Shown: positions 12,867 to 23,880, numbered from the whole stretch's first letter. The stretch: DNA of 63,157 bases, filler included, from Hausera hauseri (GCA_046269625.1; 10 parts of 10 records of this genome joined end to end with filler, not necessarily neighbours in it), one strand, 5' to 3'. Made by a program: numbers and translations. Notes: generated by a model not told the origin, from the sequence alone.

Positions 12867-13900
12867 CTAATTCGATTCCAAAAGTCGTTTGTAGTTCCAT
12901 TCCTCCTATTATTTCCGGTGATATGTCTGCCACTACTATGAAATTTACGAATTTCTGTACTCCCTTGAGTTCCACATTTACAGACAGTTCACCGATGCAA
13001 TCTAGAGGATTACTATTTGCAAAACGGACTATGATACCTGATTTCTCCAGCCGGATATCTATCGATCTCATCACGTTCACCCGTTTCCCTGTGTCCAATA
13101 GGCAGTCTTCCCATCTATCTTGTATCGTTATTTTTATACCTGGCTATCCTTGTAGTTTATCATCCGTCAATCCTTCAAAGGAAAAAACCTCTCTTCATAG
13201 AGGCCCTCATTTTGTTTATCAGTGAATCGTACATCTTCGTTTTTGTCCACAAAAGTTTCCTTTTTTATGAACTTCCGTATCTTTTTCTCTGTCGTTTCCT
13301 TCATTTCTTCAATACCTTGTACATTCCTTTGAATATTTTGGGAGCCTCTGTATTTGTTTAATATAATGTCCCGATTAGCTTTACTTACTCGTGGCTCTGC
13401 CTTTTGGGGTTGTCGGCTCTTTGATTGATTCTTCATAGTCTTTATCAATATTTGCAACGAATGTGTGTCTGTTGTTCACCCTTTCTCACTATCTTTTCTG
13501 ATCACACCCCACACGTTTAAAATTGTCGGCATAAGTGTTTTGTCCTCTTCTGCTCTTGTACAATTTTGTATAGCATTCTTGTTCCCTGTGACCTCTATTG
13601 TGACATCTGTTGAATTTTATGTTTATGCAGTTTCGTCTTATGTGTCCTTGCTGATCACACCGATAGCATATTATGGGCTTCCTTTCCAGGCAATTCATGT
13701 TAATGTGGCCTTCTTTTCCGCAACCAAAACATCTTGATACTTGTTGCAGGTTGCATGTCTTGCTTGTATGTCCGTCTTTCTGGCACGACCAGCATTTCAT
13801 CATCCTCTTTGCCTGTGTATTGTGTGGTTTAAAATCCCTTCTTTCTTGTCTTGGTTTGTCAAATTTGTGCACCACCACATCCCGATAACTCCGTAGACCA
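12867..13900 (-). mobile_element. Decayed Gypsy gag-protease fragment with tandem CCHC knuckles
   Basis: CWSCQKDGHTSKTC, CFGCGKEGHINMNC, CYRCDQQGHIRRNC plus a degenerate fourth; protease LLDTG...IIGGME. Confidence 0.8.
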
Positions 13901-13984
13901 TCTTTAGTGTATTCTCTGACTGTATTTATTATCTCTTAACAAATAATAAAGCAAACATGGAGATATAAATGAAATGATTTTATC

Positions 13985-14275
13985 TCAGTTAAATAAATAC
14001 TCAATCCAAAGACTTTTGAACCACATGGTACATTCTATTCCGTCTGGCGAAATCAATTCACGTCGTTGATATAGTACGTAGCTTTGCTCTTTTGTTTCCA
14101 ATTTATTAGGTCTAGCGTCTTCACACGTTTCTAAATCCATCAACGAGTATTTTTGTCCACGTTTAAATTTGTCACAGTCGAATACTGTGATAGCTGCCAT
14201 TTGTTTTATCAACATCATCAGGGTTAGAAAGTTTATTAACCAACTTGGTTCGTTTCCTCGGTTACTATCTGTCAA
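13985..14275 (-). pseudogene. Truncated N-terminus of an envelope-like glycoprotein (chuvirus/gB-like pattern)
   Basis: Signal-like WLINFLTLMMLIKQMAA then ITVFDC-x7-YSLMDLETC...VLYQ...EC. Confidence 0.55.
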
Positions 14276-15250
14276 ATTTCGTACCAGGTCTTCGAGTCTG
14301 TTAGTTCTACTGCTAGAGGATTGTATCTTTTGGTATTCTTCTTCCTTTTCACATAGTTTAGCCCAGTTTATTTCTCAAGGTAACTTTCTGGCTGCTTTCG
14401 TGCTAGGCTAGTAGCTATGTTAATTTCATTTTCTCGCGTTGGATTTTCTCAATAACTGTTTCATCTGTTAAGGTGTTTTAGATAATCTGGAATGCGACTT
14501 CCTCATCATTCTGACGGCATTATATATAACTTTTTTTTTCTAATTTAATACATCGCCACGGAGACTAGAGTAATTTTCGATACATATTAAATTCTTCATG
14601 AGTTCGGTTAATTCTTCGTTATTCGCGTTGAAAGTAGGTATCGACATTTCCCTTAATTCTCTAATCAAGTCTCCATTATAGTCTGTTTCTTCTAGTATTT
14701 TCTTTCGTCTACCAATTGGACGTTTCTGCCTTACTGTTATCGGTACGACTTCGCTTGGTGGTACTAAACTTTTATCGTATTGTTCCTTGTCATCATCTGT
14801 TTGCACGTATTCGCAATACATTATCGCGTCTTGGACTCCTATAATTCGCCCTACATACTGATCGGTTTTAGCATTTCGTGTGGCTTCTTCTTTTGTCTCC
14901 TCATCAGCTACTATCGCCAATATACGACTTATTTCGTATGGGATAATCCTAACGTCTATTGTTTTAATTCATCTAATATTCAGCCTCGAATATAAAGTCT
15001 ATAATCAGGTTCTAAATTCACGTCTACTACGTTTGAAGTTTTTGGTTCATCCACTTTATCTACTACTTTATTAACTATGGGAACATTCTTCTTCCACGCC
15101 ATGTCGGTCCGTTTTGGTGAAGCTATTGAGTGCTTATATTCATTTTCTGGTTCATGTAGTCTATGATAAACTTCTAGTAGTCGTAACTTATGCTCAAATT
15201 CATTTCTAGTCATTAGAACTTTCGGATTATTACTATCAGCTTGACCTTTT
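14276..15250 (-). pseudogene. Broken ORF of unknown function between gag and env-like region
   Basis: Consecutive minus-strand ORF pieces 14980..15213 and 14540..14920 plus in-frame sequence leading into the env signal; no RT or integrase motifs. Confidence 0.5.
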
Positions 15251-15289
15251 ATAAATCGTCATCTTGTATTTCAGTAACCATACATGTAT

Positions 15290-16720
15290 CACCCCGGATA
15301 CCGTAGGTTGCTTCTGAATTTTCATGTTTTTAATTACACTAATTTTGTTAAGTTCGACAAACGAAACACTTCGTGCATTTCAACATGACTTCGTTATATG
15401 TCCTTCCTAAATTAAATTACCACTTCTGCCGACTCTATCGACCGACTTCAATTATAGGTGACTTCGATCTACTCAAATTTCAATTCTGGTTCGACAAACC
15501 TTGTCGATTATCCCCATTATATTTATTCTCATAATTTTGATTACAATTATATCGATCACCGTTATTAAAACTTCTATAACTATCTTGATTTCTATTTTCA
15601 CTGTAGTTTGTTTTTCAACCTGAATTTTTTGTATTTCGATCGTCACCGTAATTTCTGTTAATACATCCATTGTTTCTTTAATCATTATTACTATTCTGAT
15701 TTCTGCTTCCATATTTTCTACTAGTATTATTGTATCGTCTATTATAATTTACTCTGCTACGATTATCGTTCCGGTTTCTGTCGTTACGGTCGTTTCGATC
15801 ATTCTTTCTGTCGTTTCTATCATTTTGTCTGGTATATCTATCTAATACCATTTCAAAGTCTTGTGCTAAGTGTAAGGCTTTATCAAAATTCTCTGGTCAA
15901 ACTAGAATTAACTTTTTCACTAAATCTCTAGATCAGATACCGTTTACTATCTGCGTCGTCATCATGACGTCTACATCTGAAGGACTTGCCTTTTTTGCAG
16001 CATCACGATGTGCCTCCGTTTGAGCCTTATCTACGTTAGCAATTCTTAGTGTGCTTAGGTAACTATTAGCGAGCTTCTTTAATGCAAATGCAAACGAGGT
16101 TACAAATTCATCCTTCTGTTACATTTTGTTCTAAAAAGCCATGAGTTACTGTTGTGGAATTACAGTTGGAAATAATTTACTGTTTAAGGCTCCTACTAGT
16201 GATGACCAAGATTTCGTCTCATCATTGGTGAGTTCGGTATAAGCATCAGAGGCCAAATTTTTTACGTATAGCGGCAAGCGTTTTATCATAACGTCGGTTT
16301 CAAGTCCGGCACATTCTCCCGGCAGTTTATATGTTGTCAAGAATTCGTTTAATCCGTCCGGATCGCCATCGTATGCTGGAAGATTCAGAGAAACGAATGT
16401 AAAAATGTCTAGTTTCGGCGTCACTGCTGGATTTTGTGTCATTTTATTCTTTTCGTTATTAATTCCTAAGTCTGTTTTTTTGTCTTTGCGAACTTTATTT
16501 CTCGTGTGAAGAATTTTAAACTTATTGATTTGCTCAACAGCAGTTAAGTCTATATTAAGTAAATTTATTCTAGTCTCAGAAAGTGAACTTTTATCTAGGG
16601 TTTTGTCGTCCCTATATATATTTCTATGCGTTTGGCGTATCGGTGAATTTTCTTTACCGTTTATGTCAAGGGTTTCGTTCGATTTACACTTATCAATATT
16701 CGTTCCTTGTAATTAGCTTT
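15290..16720 (-). pseudogene. Decayed Gypsy gag with Asn/Arg-rich region, degenerate knuckle and first residues of protease
   Basis: LPAYDGDPDGLNEFL...KRLPLYVKNLASDAY; EFVTSFAFALKKLA; GHITKSC; PTVSGVIH then loss of homology. Confidence 0.8.
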
Positions 16721-16854
16721 TAATCAATTTCGGTTAACTTATACTCCAAATTTTACTTGAAATCTTATAATACAATTAGTTGACGTGAGTAGCGCTGATC
16801 GCTGGTATGTAATTAATTAACTCTCAAAGTCAAGTCTAGCGAAGCATAAACTGT

Positions 16855-17060
16855 CTTGCTAGGGTCGCGAAATGTTATAGTTACAGCGGGCCCTAAACGT
16901 CTTTCTCTATAACAACAAATTTACACTTGAAGTTAATGCACTATACAGATTAGGTTTAACGTCCTCGTTAAACAGATTATGCCTGATTTTAGTGCGTGCC
17001 GGTAATGAATGCAAATCCTATGAAAATTTTAAAAGAATCACGACTTAACTATAGATTTCA
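16855..17060 (-). repeat. 3' (U5) end of a 5' LTR plus degenerate PBS
   Basis: Minus strand ...TATAACA at 16873 then TTTCGCGACCCT; ~190 bp alignable to 56043..56248. Confidence 0.7.
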
Positions 17061-17390
17061 TTTAAATTTCAGATTTCTAGAATATGTAGAAGTGCTCAAA
17101 CTGAGCACTTCCCAAAAAGTGCTTAGATCGAGCTGGAAACCTGTTTTCCTCACCTATCTCGCAATTTTGAGCATTTCATGTTTGATGGTCGGAGACGCCC
17201 CCCAGGGAAAGAAAAAGGTTGGGAAATTGACTTTAAACCGAGACCAATCGGTCAAGCCGGACAAGGCGAACAAAAGTTAACAGCGCCGCGAAGCCGGAAA
17301 ATGTAACCCGGCTGCACAGGAGGCGGAAGAAGAAAAACGGGCAATGTGCAACTGGCAACGCAACACATGTTGCTGGTATACCGAAATTTT

Positions 17391-17490
17391 NNNNNNNNNN
17401 NNNNNNNNNNNNNNNNNNNNNNNNNNNNNNNNNNTTAATTAATTAANNNNNNNNNNNNNNNNNNNNNNNNNNNNNNNNNNNNNNNNNNNN
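17391..17490. other. Artificial contig linker
   Basis: 44 N + TTAATTAATTAA + 44 N. Confidence 0.98.
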
Positions 17491-20400
17491 GTTATAGTTT
17501 ATACAGATCATCAGGCATTAGAAAAACTTGATTGTAAAAACAAACGTATCTATAATCGAATACAACGTTGGAAGATGGAACTATTAAATTACAATCCGAA
17601 ATTTAAATACGTACCAGGAAAACTTCACAGTGATGCAGATGCTATATCGAGAACCATATATCCTGAGATCAATTCGGCAGCATTTACTCCGATAGAAGAA
17701 CATGAATTTACTACAATGATGACAGAATTTGCAAATCTTAATACAGATAAATTAGCAACCGTTCAAGATGACGATCCTTTGCTCTATGTTGTGAAAAAAT
17801 ATGTACACACTTCCGAAATGCCTAATATTGACAAACGTTTAACGGAATGGCTAATAGACCATAAAAGTAAATTGATTATTGATAGAAATATACTGAAATA
17901 TATCTACAATGATAGAGCTTTAATTGTTATACCTAGTTCATTGATAAAATCAGTCTTACTTCAAGAACATGATTCTCACCTAGCTGGTCACCCATCGTTG
18001 GGCAAAACCATAAAACGTATTAAACTTAAATACTTTTGGCCAAATCAAACAGAGGATATTGTTAATTGGGTCAAATCTTGTAAGATTTGTGCAACCCGAA
18101 GGGATAGGGGAAGATGTATAAGACCAACGCTGGGAACACTTCCAGAGCCCAAAGCACCTATGGAAATATGTGCTATGGATATTTCAGGACCTTATCCGAC
18201 ATCTGAATCAGGCTATAAATATATACTGAGTTTTATCGATTATTACACAAGTTACATTATACTAATCCCATTAAAAACTATGACTACAGAAGCAATAGCA
18301 ATGGAATTGTTTAACAAATTAATATGCATATTCGGATCACCTAGATTAATATTAACTGATAGAGCTCCATATTTTACGAGTCAACTGTTTAATGAAGTTT
18401 CAAAAGTACTTCAAACTAGACATGTATTAACCACAGCTTACCATCCACAGTGTAATGGTAAAGTAGAACGATCTAATAGAACTGTGCAGGGAATTTTATC
18501 TGTACAAGTCTCTGCAGATCAGAAAAATTGGTCAGATAAATTGCCAACTGTAGCTTTCGCCATGGATACCACACCGACGAGAAGTACAAATAAAACACCA
18601 TATGAATTGATGTTTGGAAGACTTCCTTTATTACCATTAGACATTGAACTACTACCAACAGCTTTACCATTTACGGGTAACCAACAAGAAGAAAACTACA
18701 TGGTTTTACTGAAACAACTAAGTGATTATGGAGAACAATCGAGAGCAGTTAGAGAAGAGTACAAAAAATCCTACACTAAACATTATAATAAAAAGGCTCA
18801 AGCAAATCCTTATAAAAAAGGAGATTTCATCATGATACACTATCCAGTGACAGCCAAAGGAAAATCCCTAAAGCTGACACGCACTGGCAAAGGTCCTTAT
18901 AAAGTTGTGGAAGTTAGACCACAAACTCTATTTATTGAAAAATCTCCAGGAAAAATAGAGAATGTTTCTATACAGAATGTAACTAGAGCTCCAAAATCGT
19001 ATACAGGAAAATTCGGTCTTACATCACCAAATTTGCTTTCCACTAATTTGTTAACAATGATTTGCATTCTCATTATTTTGTTATCTTGTACTCATGCGAG
19101 TTATGGTCAATTTAATATTCCTTATAAATCTATGGTACAACTAGTTGAGCAGAATCAAAACCATACAGCTAGCGACGAGATATTTAACAAGGAAATACAA
19201 GTGCTCGGACCAGATTTTGAAAGGGGCTGTATAAAGTTCAAAAAGAGACGTACCAGCAATATTGTGCGAATAGTGATTTTCTATAAAGAAAAATTGGCGT
19301 TTACAGATTTGGATAACGAGAATAACTTAACATGTCTTTTAGTAATTAGAGATCAACTATTTTCCTTGCTTGCACTAATTTTCAAGAGTAATAAAGAGAA
19401 TAAGTGGGACCTGCATCTAACCGTCAAATCTAGCATAAAATGTCTAATACCTTTCAAAATTAATGAATGTATCTACGACATCGCTTTTATGACTGAGCAA
19501 AATAGATGCAATATACCCTATAAAGAGTATAGAAAGATGGCGAAGTATAATGATTTAGAGATTACCGAAAATTTATTTGTACTGATTTACCCTAAACCAG
19601 ATCGAATAGTATTCGCTCGGAATTATCAATCAAATATTAAGAATACACAAGTTAGTATCGCTTGTATAAATCAGCATCATCAACAACGAATTATCCTCGA
19701 AAGGAATCAAAAATGTGCCCATTGTGTAAAGTTAAGCTCGGACACTGATTACTTAATAGTGATAAAAACCTGTACTCATTATTCAGAAATGCATGTTAGA
19801 ACCTTACCCAGAGTAAATAAAATAATCAAGTTTAATTATAATAAAAAAGACTCTAAGACTGATTCACAAACTTTGAAACCAGAAATCGACAATATCGAAT
19901 CAAGCATTGCCGTGTGTGCTTTTTTAATCATCATGTTAAGTATAGCTTTGTTGTTTGTGTTGGCTATAGGCACTTTAATTATTCCAAAAATAGTTCGACA
20001 TAGTCATACTGACACTATCACGTGTCACTGCCCACTAATCTCAAGATGGCGGTCACAGACTAGTCATCCGCACGAGCATTTATCGCACACACTACATGCG
20101 CCCCCACAAATAGCTACATTATTAGCATGTTCATTGGTTGTATGTTGTATACACACCAACAAAGGTGAGTATTTAAACGAATTTTATTTATTTTCAGCTC
20201 TCTACAAATTCAATTTCAGTATGAAACGTCAAAATCCGAAAATGACAAAAAATGATTCACAAATCCAGTCTAGCTTATTGTATTCCAAGATGAATCCTCA
20301 ATATCATGCAGATCAAATGGACTCACAAACCTTAATTCAGAATTATGGAAATAAAAAAGGAAGCCTCAATAAGACTATGTCAAAAACTTTTTACAACAAC

Positions 20401-22206
20401 ATCAGGAGGCAAATGATAAAAATGGACCATTTCGTAGCTTTAAGCGTGGTTCGAATCCCGAATCAACTAAAGCACGAAATTACTGTGAACAGAAATCTCG
20501 GAATCTATTTGATCCAGGAAGCTCAGCAGTTGGAATTGAGAAGATATATGTCTAAGACTGACATGATAGACGGACTAGTGATCCATGTCGCCAGAGGTAT
20601 GATCAGCTTAAAAACAAGGAACGAACAACATTATTCGGATTCAACAGTCTGCAGAATCTGTGAAGAAGAAACTTTATTTATTAATACTCCCATGAGTATT
20701 GATTTAATCCAAGCCAGACCCATGTATGTACCACTCGTTATAATGTTGGAATGGCTTCTTCCCGAAAAACATTTATATTTACCCAGACCTATGATCTTGG
20801 CTCATAACCCTCCAGAAATGGTGAAACAATCCAGATTGAATTTTATTAATACTAATCAAAGTAATACAATCAGAATATTAGCAGTTTCTGTCGGGTACAT
20901 GCAAGATAATTGCCCCTTACCTATTCATGTCATTATCGCCAATAAAAAAGGGACTATATTATATGAAGCTATAATAGCTAACAGGAAGAAGGTACATAAT
21001 GTTAATTCAGTAAGACACGGCATATTACCTGAGTACATCGCTCATCAGGGACAAGACATATTTGACGTTACTAGAGAAATGATTAATTGGTTATTCGGTG
21101 TAGTGGTAGTTGGATTAGAGACCCATAAAATGTTAGAGGCTTTTGACATACCATTGAATTATTTTGCAGGAATAATAGATTTATTAAAACATGAAGAGAT
21201 TACTGGACATACTTTCCAACAGCTGACGCTAATAAATATCAGTAATCTTCTAAAATTACCCGGATCAAGAAACAGCCAAGGATATGCCCAAGATAACCAC
21301 GGTAAATTAAGCCTTACCATGGATGTTTTTCATTTAGTGTCCAATCCCTTCCAGGTAGCATGGGTGCCACCGGAACCATTTAACAACGTAATAGATCCCG
21401 GAGAACTGTTTTACAACAGGGAAAAATATCTGGCAGATTTTGCCTGGATCCATCATGTAACAGGAGGACCAATACAGGACACAGATGCCATTGTAGACGA
21501 AATTATAGACGAGTTAAAGACACCATCAGTATCGGATATTTCAGATATGGTCGCAGAAGAAGAAGGGAAACTACAAAGAGAAGATCAAATTCTCGCAACT
21601 AAAGATACGTCTGAAGGAAATTGGGGTAACTGGAATTACAACCCGGGTAGCAAGAATTCAATAGCTATTCAAACGGAAGAAAATGACTTTAATATGTTCA
21701 CCAAAAGAATAATACAAGGACTAACGAAATTTGATATCTTTACATTTCCATATGGAATCATTATTTACACGAGAAACTTTAGCTTTCCCGTAGTAATTGA
21801 TTCTATCGAGACACCGACATATATTGATCAAACAATTCCTCAAATCACGTTACAGTCATGGGATAATAGTAATAACGTACTTATTGGATTTATATACGAA
21901 CGATCAACAGACATAAAAATGCTTTTCATATACGAGGAATACGAAAGATTGTACAAGTTACCGATACGCTTGGATGCAGACTTTCATATCAAACTCCCAA
22001 TACAGTTAAAAAATAATGTGGCGATGACGAAGCTTAAGAACGAACATAAAGGAGGAAAATTGATTTATATCCTATTAATCAAACACCAAAGACCCATTAT
22101 GATACCAATAGAACGAGTACCACAAGGAAAGAAGCCAGATCCGGAGTTAACGCTGACATACAGAATTGAAAAGGAAATCAGACAAGAAGTTGACCTAGAC
22201 TATTAA
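17491..22206 (+). CDS. 5'-partial uninterrupted Gypsy polyprotein: RNase H end, integrase, internal signal, Cys-rich ectodomain, TM helix, unknown domain, degenerate DEDDh exonuclease-like fold, unknown C-terminal domain
   Basis: Open from contig start (VIVYTDHQAL...RIQRW...DADAISR); HHCC (HDSHLAGH...CKIC); DDE (MDISGPY, LTDRAPYF, NGKVERSNRT); GPYKVVEV; then ~1050 more codons without a stop. Confidence 0.92.
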   Translation, partial: VIVYTDHQALEKLDCKNKRIYNRIQRWKMELLNYNPKFKYVPGKLHSDADAISRTIYPEINSAAFTPIEEHEFTTMMTEFANLNTDKLATVQDDDPLLYVVKKYVHTSEMPNIDKRLTEWLIDHKSKLIIDRNILKYIYNDRALIVIPSSLIKSVLLQEHDSHLAGHPSLGKTIKRIKLKYFWPNQTEDIVNWVKSCKICATRRDRGRCIRPTLGTLPEPKAPMEICAMDISGPYPTSESGYKYILSFIDYYTSYIILIPLKTMTTEAIAMELFNKLICIFGSPRLILTDRAPYFTSQLFNEVSKVLQTRHVLTTAYHPQCNGKVERSNRTVQGILSVQVSADQKNWSDKLPTVAFAMDTTPTRSTNKTPYELMFGRLPLLPLDIELLPTALPFTGNQQEENYMVLLKQLSDYGEQSRAVREEYKKSYTKHYNKKAQANPYKKGDFIMIHYPVTAKGKSLKLTRTGKGPYKVVEVRPQTLFIEKSPGKIENVSIQNVTRAPKSYTGKFGLTSPNLLSTNLLTMICILIILLSCTHASYGQFNIPYKSMVQLVEQNQNHTASDEIFNKEIQVLGPDFERGCIKFKKRRTSNIVRIVIFYKEKLAFTDLDNENNLTCLLVIRDQLFSLLALIFKSNKENKWDLHLTVKSSIKCLIPFKINECIYDIAFMTEQNRCNIPYKEYRKMAKYNDLEITENLFVLIYPKPDRIVFARNYQSNIKNTQVSIACINQHHQQRIILERNQKCAHCVKLSSDTDYLIVIKTCTHYSEMHVRTLPRVNKIIKFNYNKKDSKTDSQTLKPEIDNIESSIAVCAFLIIMLSIALLFVLAIGTLIIPKIVRHSHTDTITCHCPLISRWRSQTSHPHEHLSHTLHAPPQIATLLACSLVVCCIHTNKGEYLNEFYLFSALYKFNFSMKRQNPKMTKNDSQIQSSLLYSKMNPQYHADQMDSQTLIQNYGNKKGSLNKTMSKTFYNNIRRQMIKMDHFVALSVVRIPNQLKHEITVNRNLGIYLIQEAQQLELRRYMSKTDMIDGLVIHVARGMISLKTRNEQHYSDSTVCRICEEETLFINTPMSIDLIQARPMYVPLVIMLEWLLPEKHLYLPRPMILAHNPPEMVKQSRLNFINTNQSNTIRILAVSVGYMQDNCPLPIHVIIANKKGTILYEAIIANRKKVHNVNSVRHGILPEYIAHQGQDIFDVTREMINWLFGVVVVGLETHKMLEAFDIPLNYFAGIIDLLKHEEITGHTFQQLTLINISNLLKLPGSRNSQGYAQDNHGKLSLTMDVFHLVSNPFQVAWVPPEPFNNVIDPGELFYNREKYLADFAWIHHVTGGPIQDTDAIVDEIIDELKTPSVSDISDMVAEEEGKLQREDQILATKDTSEGNWGNWNYNPGSKNSIAIQTEENDFNMFTKRIIQGLTKFDIFTFPYGIIIYTRNFSFPVVIDSIETPTYIDQTIPQITLQSWDNSNNVLIGFIYERSTDIKMLFIYEEYERLYKLPIRLDADFHIKLPIQLKNNVAMTKLKNEHKGGKLIYILLIKHQRPIMIPIERVPQGKKPDPELTLTYRIEKEIRQEVDLDY

Positions 22207-22397
22207 TATTTGTGATTAATTGTGGGTGATAACTTTACATCTTGTCTTGATCCTTTGTTTTATGTATATTCTTGCATGTTTCTTATATTTTTATTTTTAT
22301 TGTTATCTTACATTTTTGTTTCTGCACATTTTAGTTATGTAAATATTAGTAATTCTTTCAACTTCGCTTTGTTTTTGTCATGGTGAATGACCCCTTA

Positions 22398-22835
22398 AGG
22401 GTCGGGGAATGTTGTTAATAGGCTACAGTCTAGACTAGTTGTACTAGTCTAGCCTTAAAATTTGGAAGTGGAGCGCGCGGCTAATTTGAATGATTAATTT
22501 AGTTTATAATTTGCGCCGGCGCCAAGTTTGAATTAGATAAATTTAATATAAATACAGAAAGAAAAACCATTAGGACACACAAATTTTTTACTTCAGTCAA
22601 ATTTTTCTCTCAAAGGAATTTTGGATTACTCCCTTTAAAAATTCTAGATAGAGTTTTTGCATATTTGATTGTTGTATTACGAGTAAGTCTTAGTATACAA
22701 AGTGTTATTTCTGTTAATGATTGACTTGTACATTTGTAAATTTTGTGTTGATTATACGTTATAAAATAATTCCGAGTTCTTCTTAAAAGTAATACGCTAG
22801 ACTCAATCTGCAGAGAGATTGAAGTCAAATAAACA
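22398..22835 (+). repeat. PPT and candidate 3' LTR (22410..22835)
   Basis: AGGGTCGGGGAA then TGTTG; ends AAACA; TATAAATA ~22547; hairpin CTAGACTAGT-TGT-ACTAGTCTAG; no 5' LTR available to confirm. Confidence 0.65.
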
Positions 22836-23574
22836 TTTTTGTTTTTTTCCTAAACTCAGCATTCAAATACATCCAAATATTTCATGAACACCTTGCTGTC
22901 TAAATTGTAACAGAATTGCAAGGTGCGTATTGAAAGTATCAAATCTCACTGTACAAAAGAATATTTCTTGCTCGATATAAGGAAATCTGTAAGCTTGGCA
23001 TTATTTTTGAGGATAAGAAGTTCTTTTCTATGTCTTCCCTGCCAGTTTGTCCTCAATTTATTTTCCAGTTTGGAAACAGTAGGACCAGTACTTTGCTATC
23101 ATCAACCAACATAGACATTCACAGACATGTGGTCCATTGCAACTACACAATCACACTGAAGGGCGCTGCAGACATCCGCCTCCATCCTCGCATGGATCCA
23201 AATCGCTGATCTGCCTGGAGCATAAGCCTCTTTGTTGATTCTAGTGGTTTACATAAAGAAGTAGAATGAAAGCCGTGCCTGACATTCAGAAAATGAAGTA
23301 AAGCTCGGAGGAAGACCAGAGCGTTGCACACAGATGCATGCTGGAGACATGTTCGCAGTCCTCTTTTATGTGAGCTTGCCCTGTGTGAGAGTGTTGCCTC
23401 AGGGAAAAAGCCTATGATAGTAAGAAGGATCTGGGTGGCTCCATAGATTGGTTTAATGTTGGTCTGCTACTGGTACGTTTGAATCTAAGGAATGCTTTGA
23501 CTCAAACAGTTCTGCTTTATTAGTACAACACAACAACACAACAAGTCAGGAATATTCTTGAACGCAAACAAATT

Positions 23575-23674
23575 NNNNNNNNNNNNNNNNNNNNNNNNNN
23601 NNNNNNNNNNNNNNNNNNTTAATTAATTAANNNNNNNNNNNNNNNNNNNNNNNNNNNNNNNNNNNNNNNNNNNN
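23575..23674. other. Artificial contig linker
   Basis: 44 N + TTAATTAATTAA + 44 N. Confidence 0.98.
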
Positions 23675-23759
23675 TTATTACAAAACCAAGGTAGTACGAA
23701 AAACCACACGATGTCAAGTATATATAATTATCGTGACGGTCATACATTTCAAACAATTC

Positions 23760-23880
23760 AATCAATGCTTCCTAAACTTTCGCTAGAAAAGGTTACAGAG
23801 GGTGTGTTTGTGGGTCCGCGAGTCAAGCAAATTTTTAAATCTGTTGATCTCAGAGAAAAAATGACAGTTGTAGAACTGAG
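23760..23880 (+). mobile_element. Small DNA-transposon transposase-like fragment
   Basis: PKLSLEKVTEGVFVGPRVKQIF...MTVVE matches a KLS..K.KEG.FVGP.IR.L motif I associate with invertebrate transposases. Confidence 0.5.

Noticed and set aside
23100-23520. Possible C-terminus of a restriction-like-endonuclease non-LTR element on the minus strand
   Set aside because: Only faint motifs (GF..SL, S.IW..R); too weak to call
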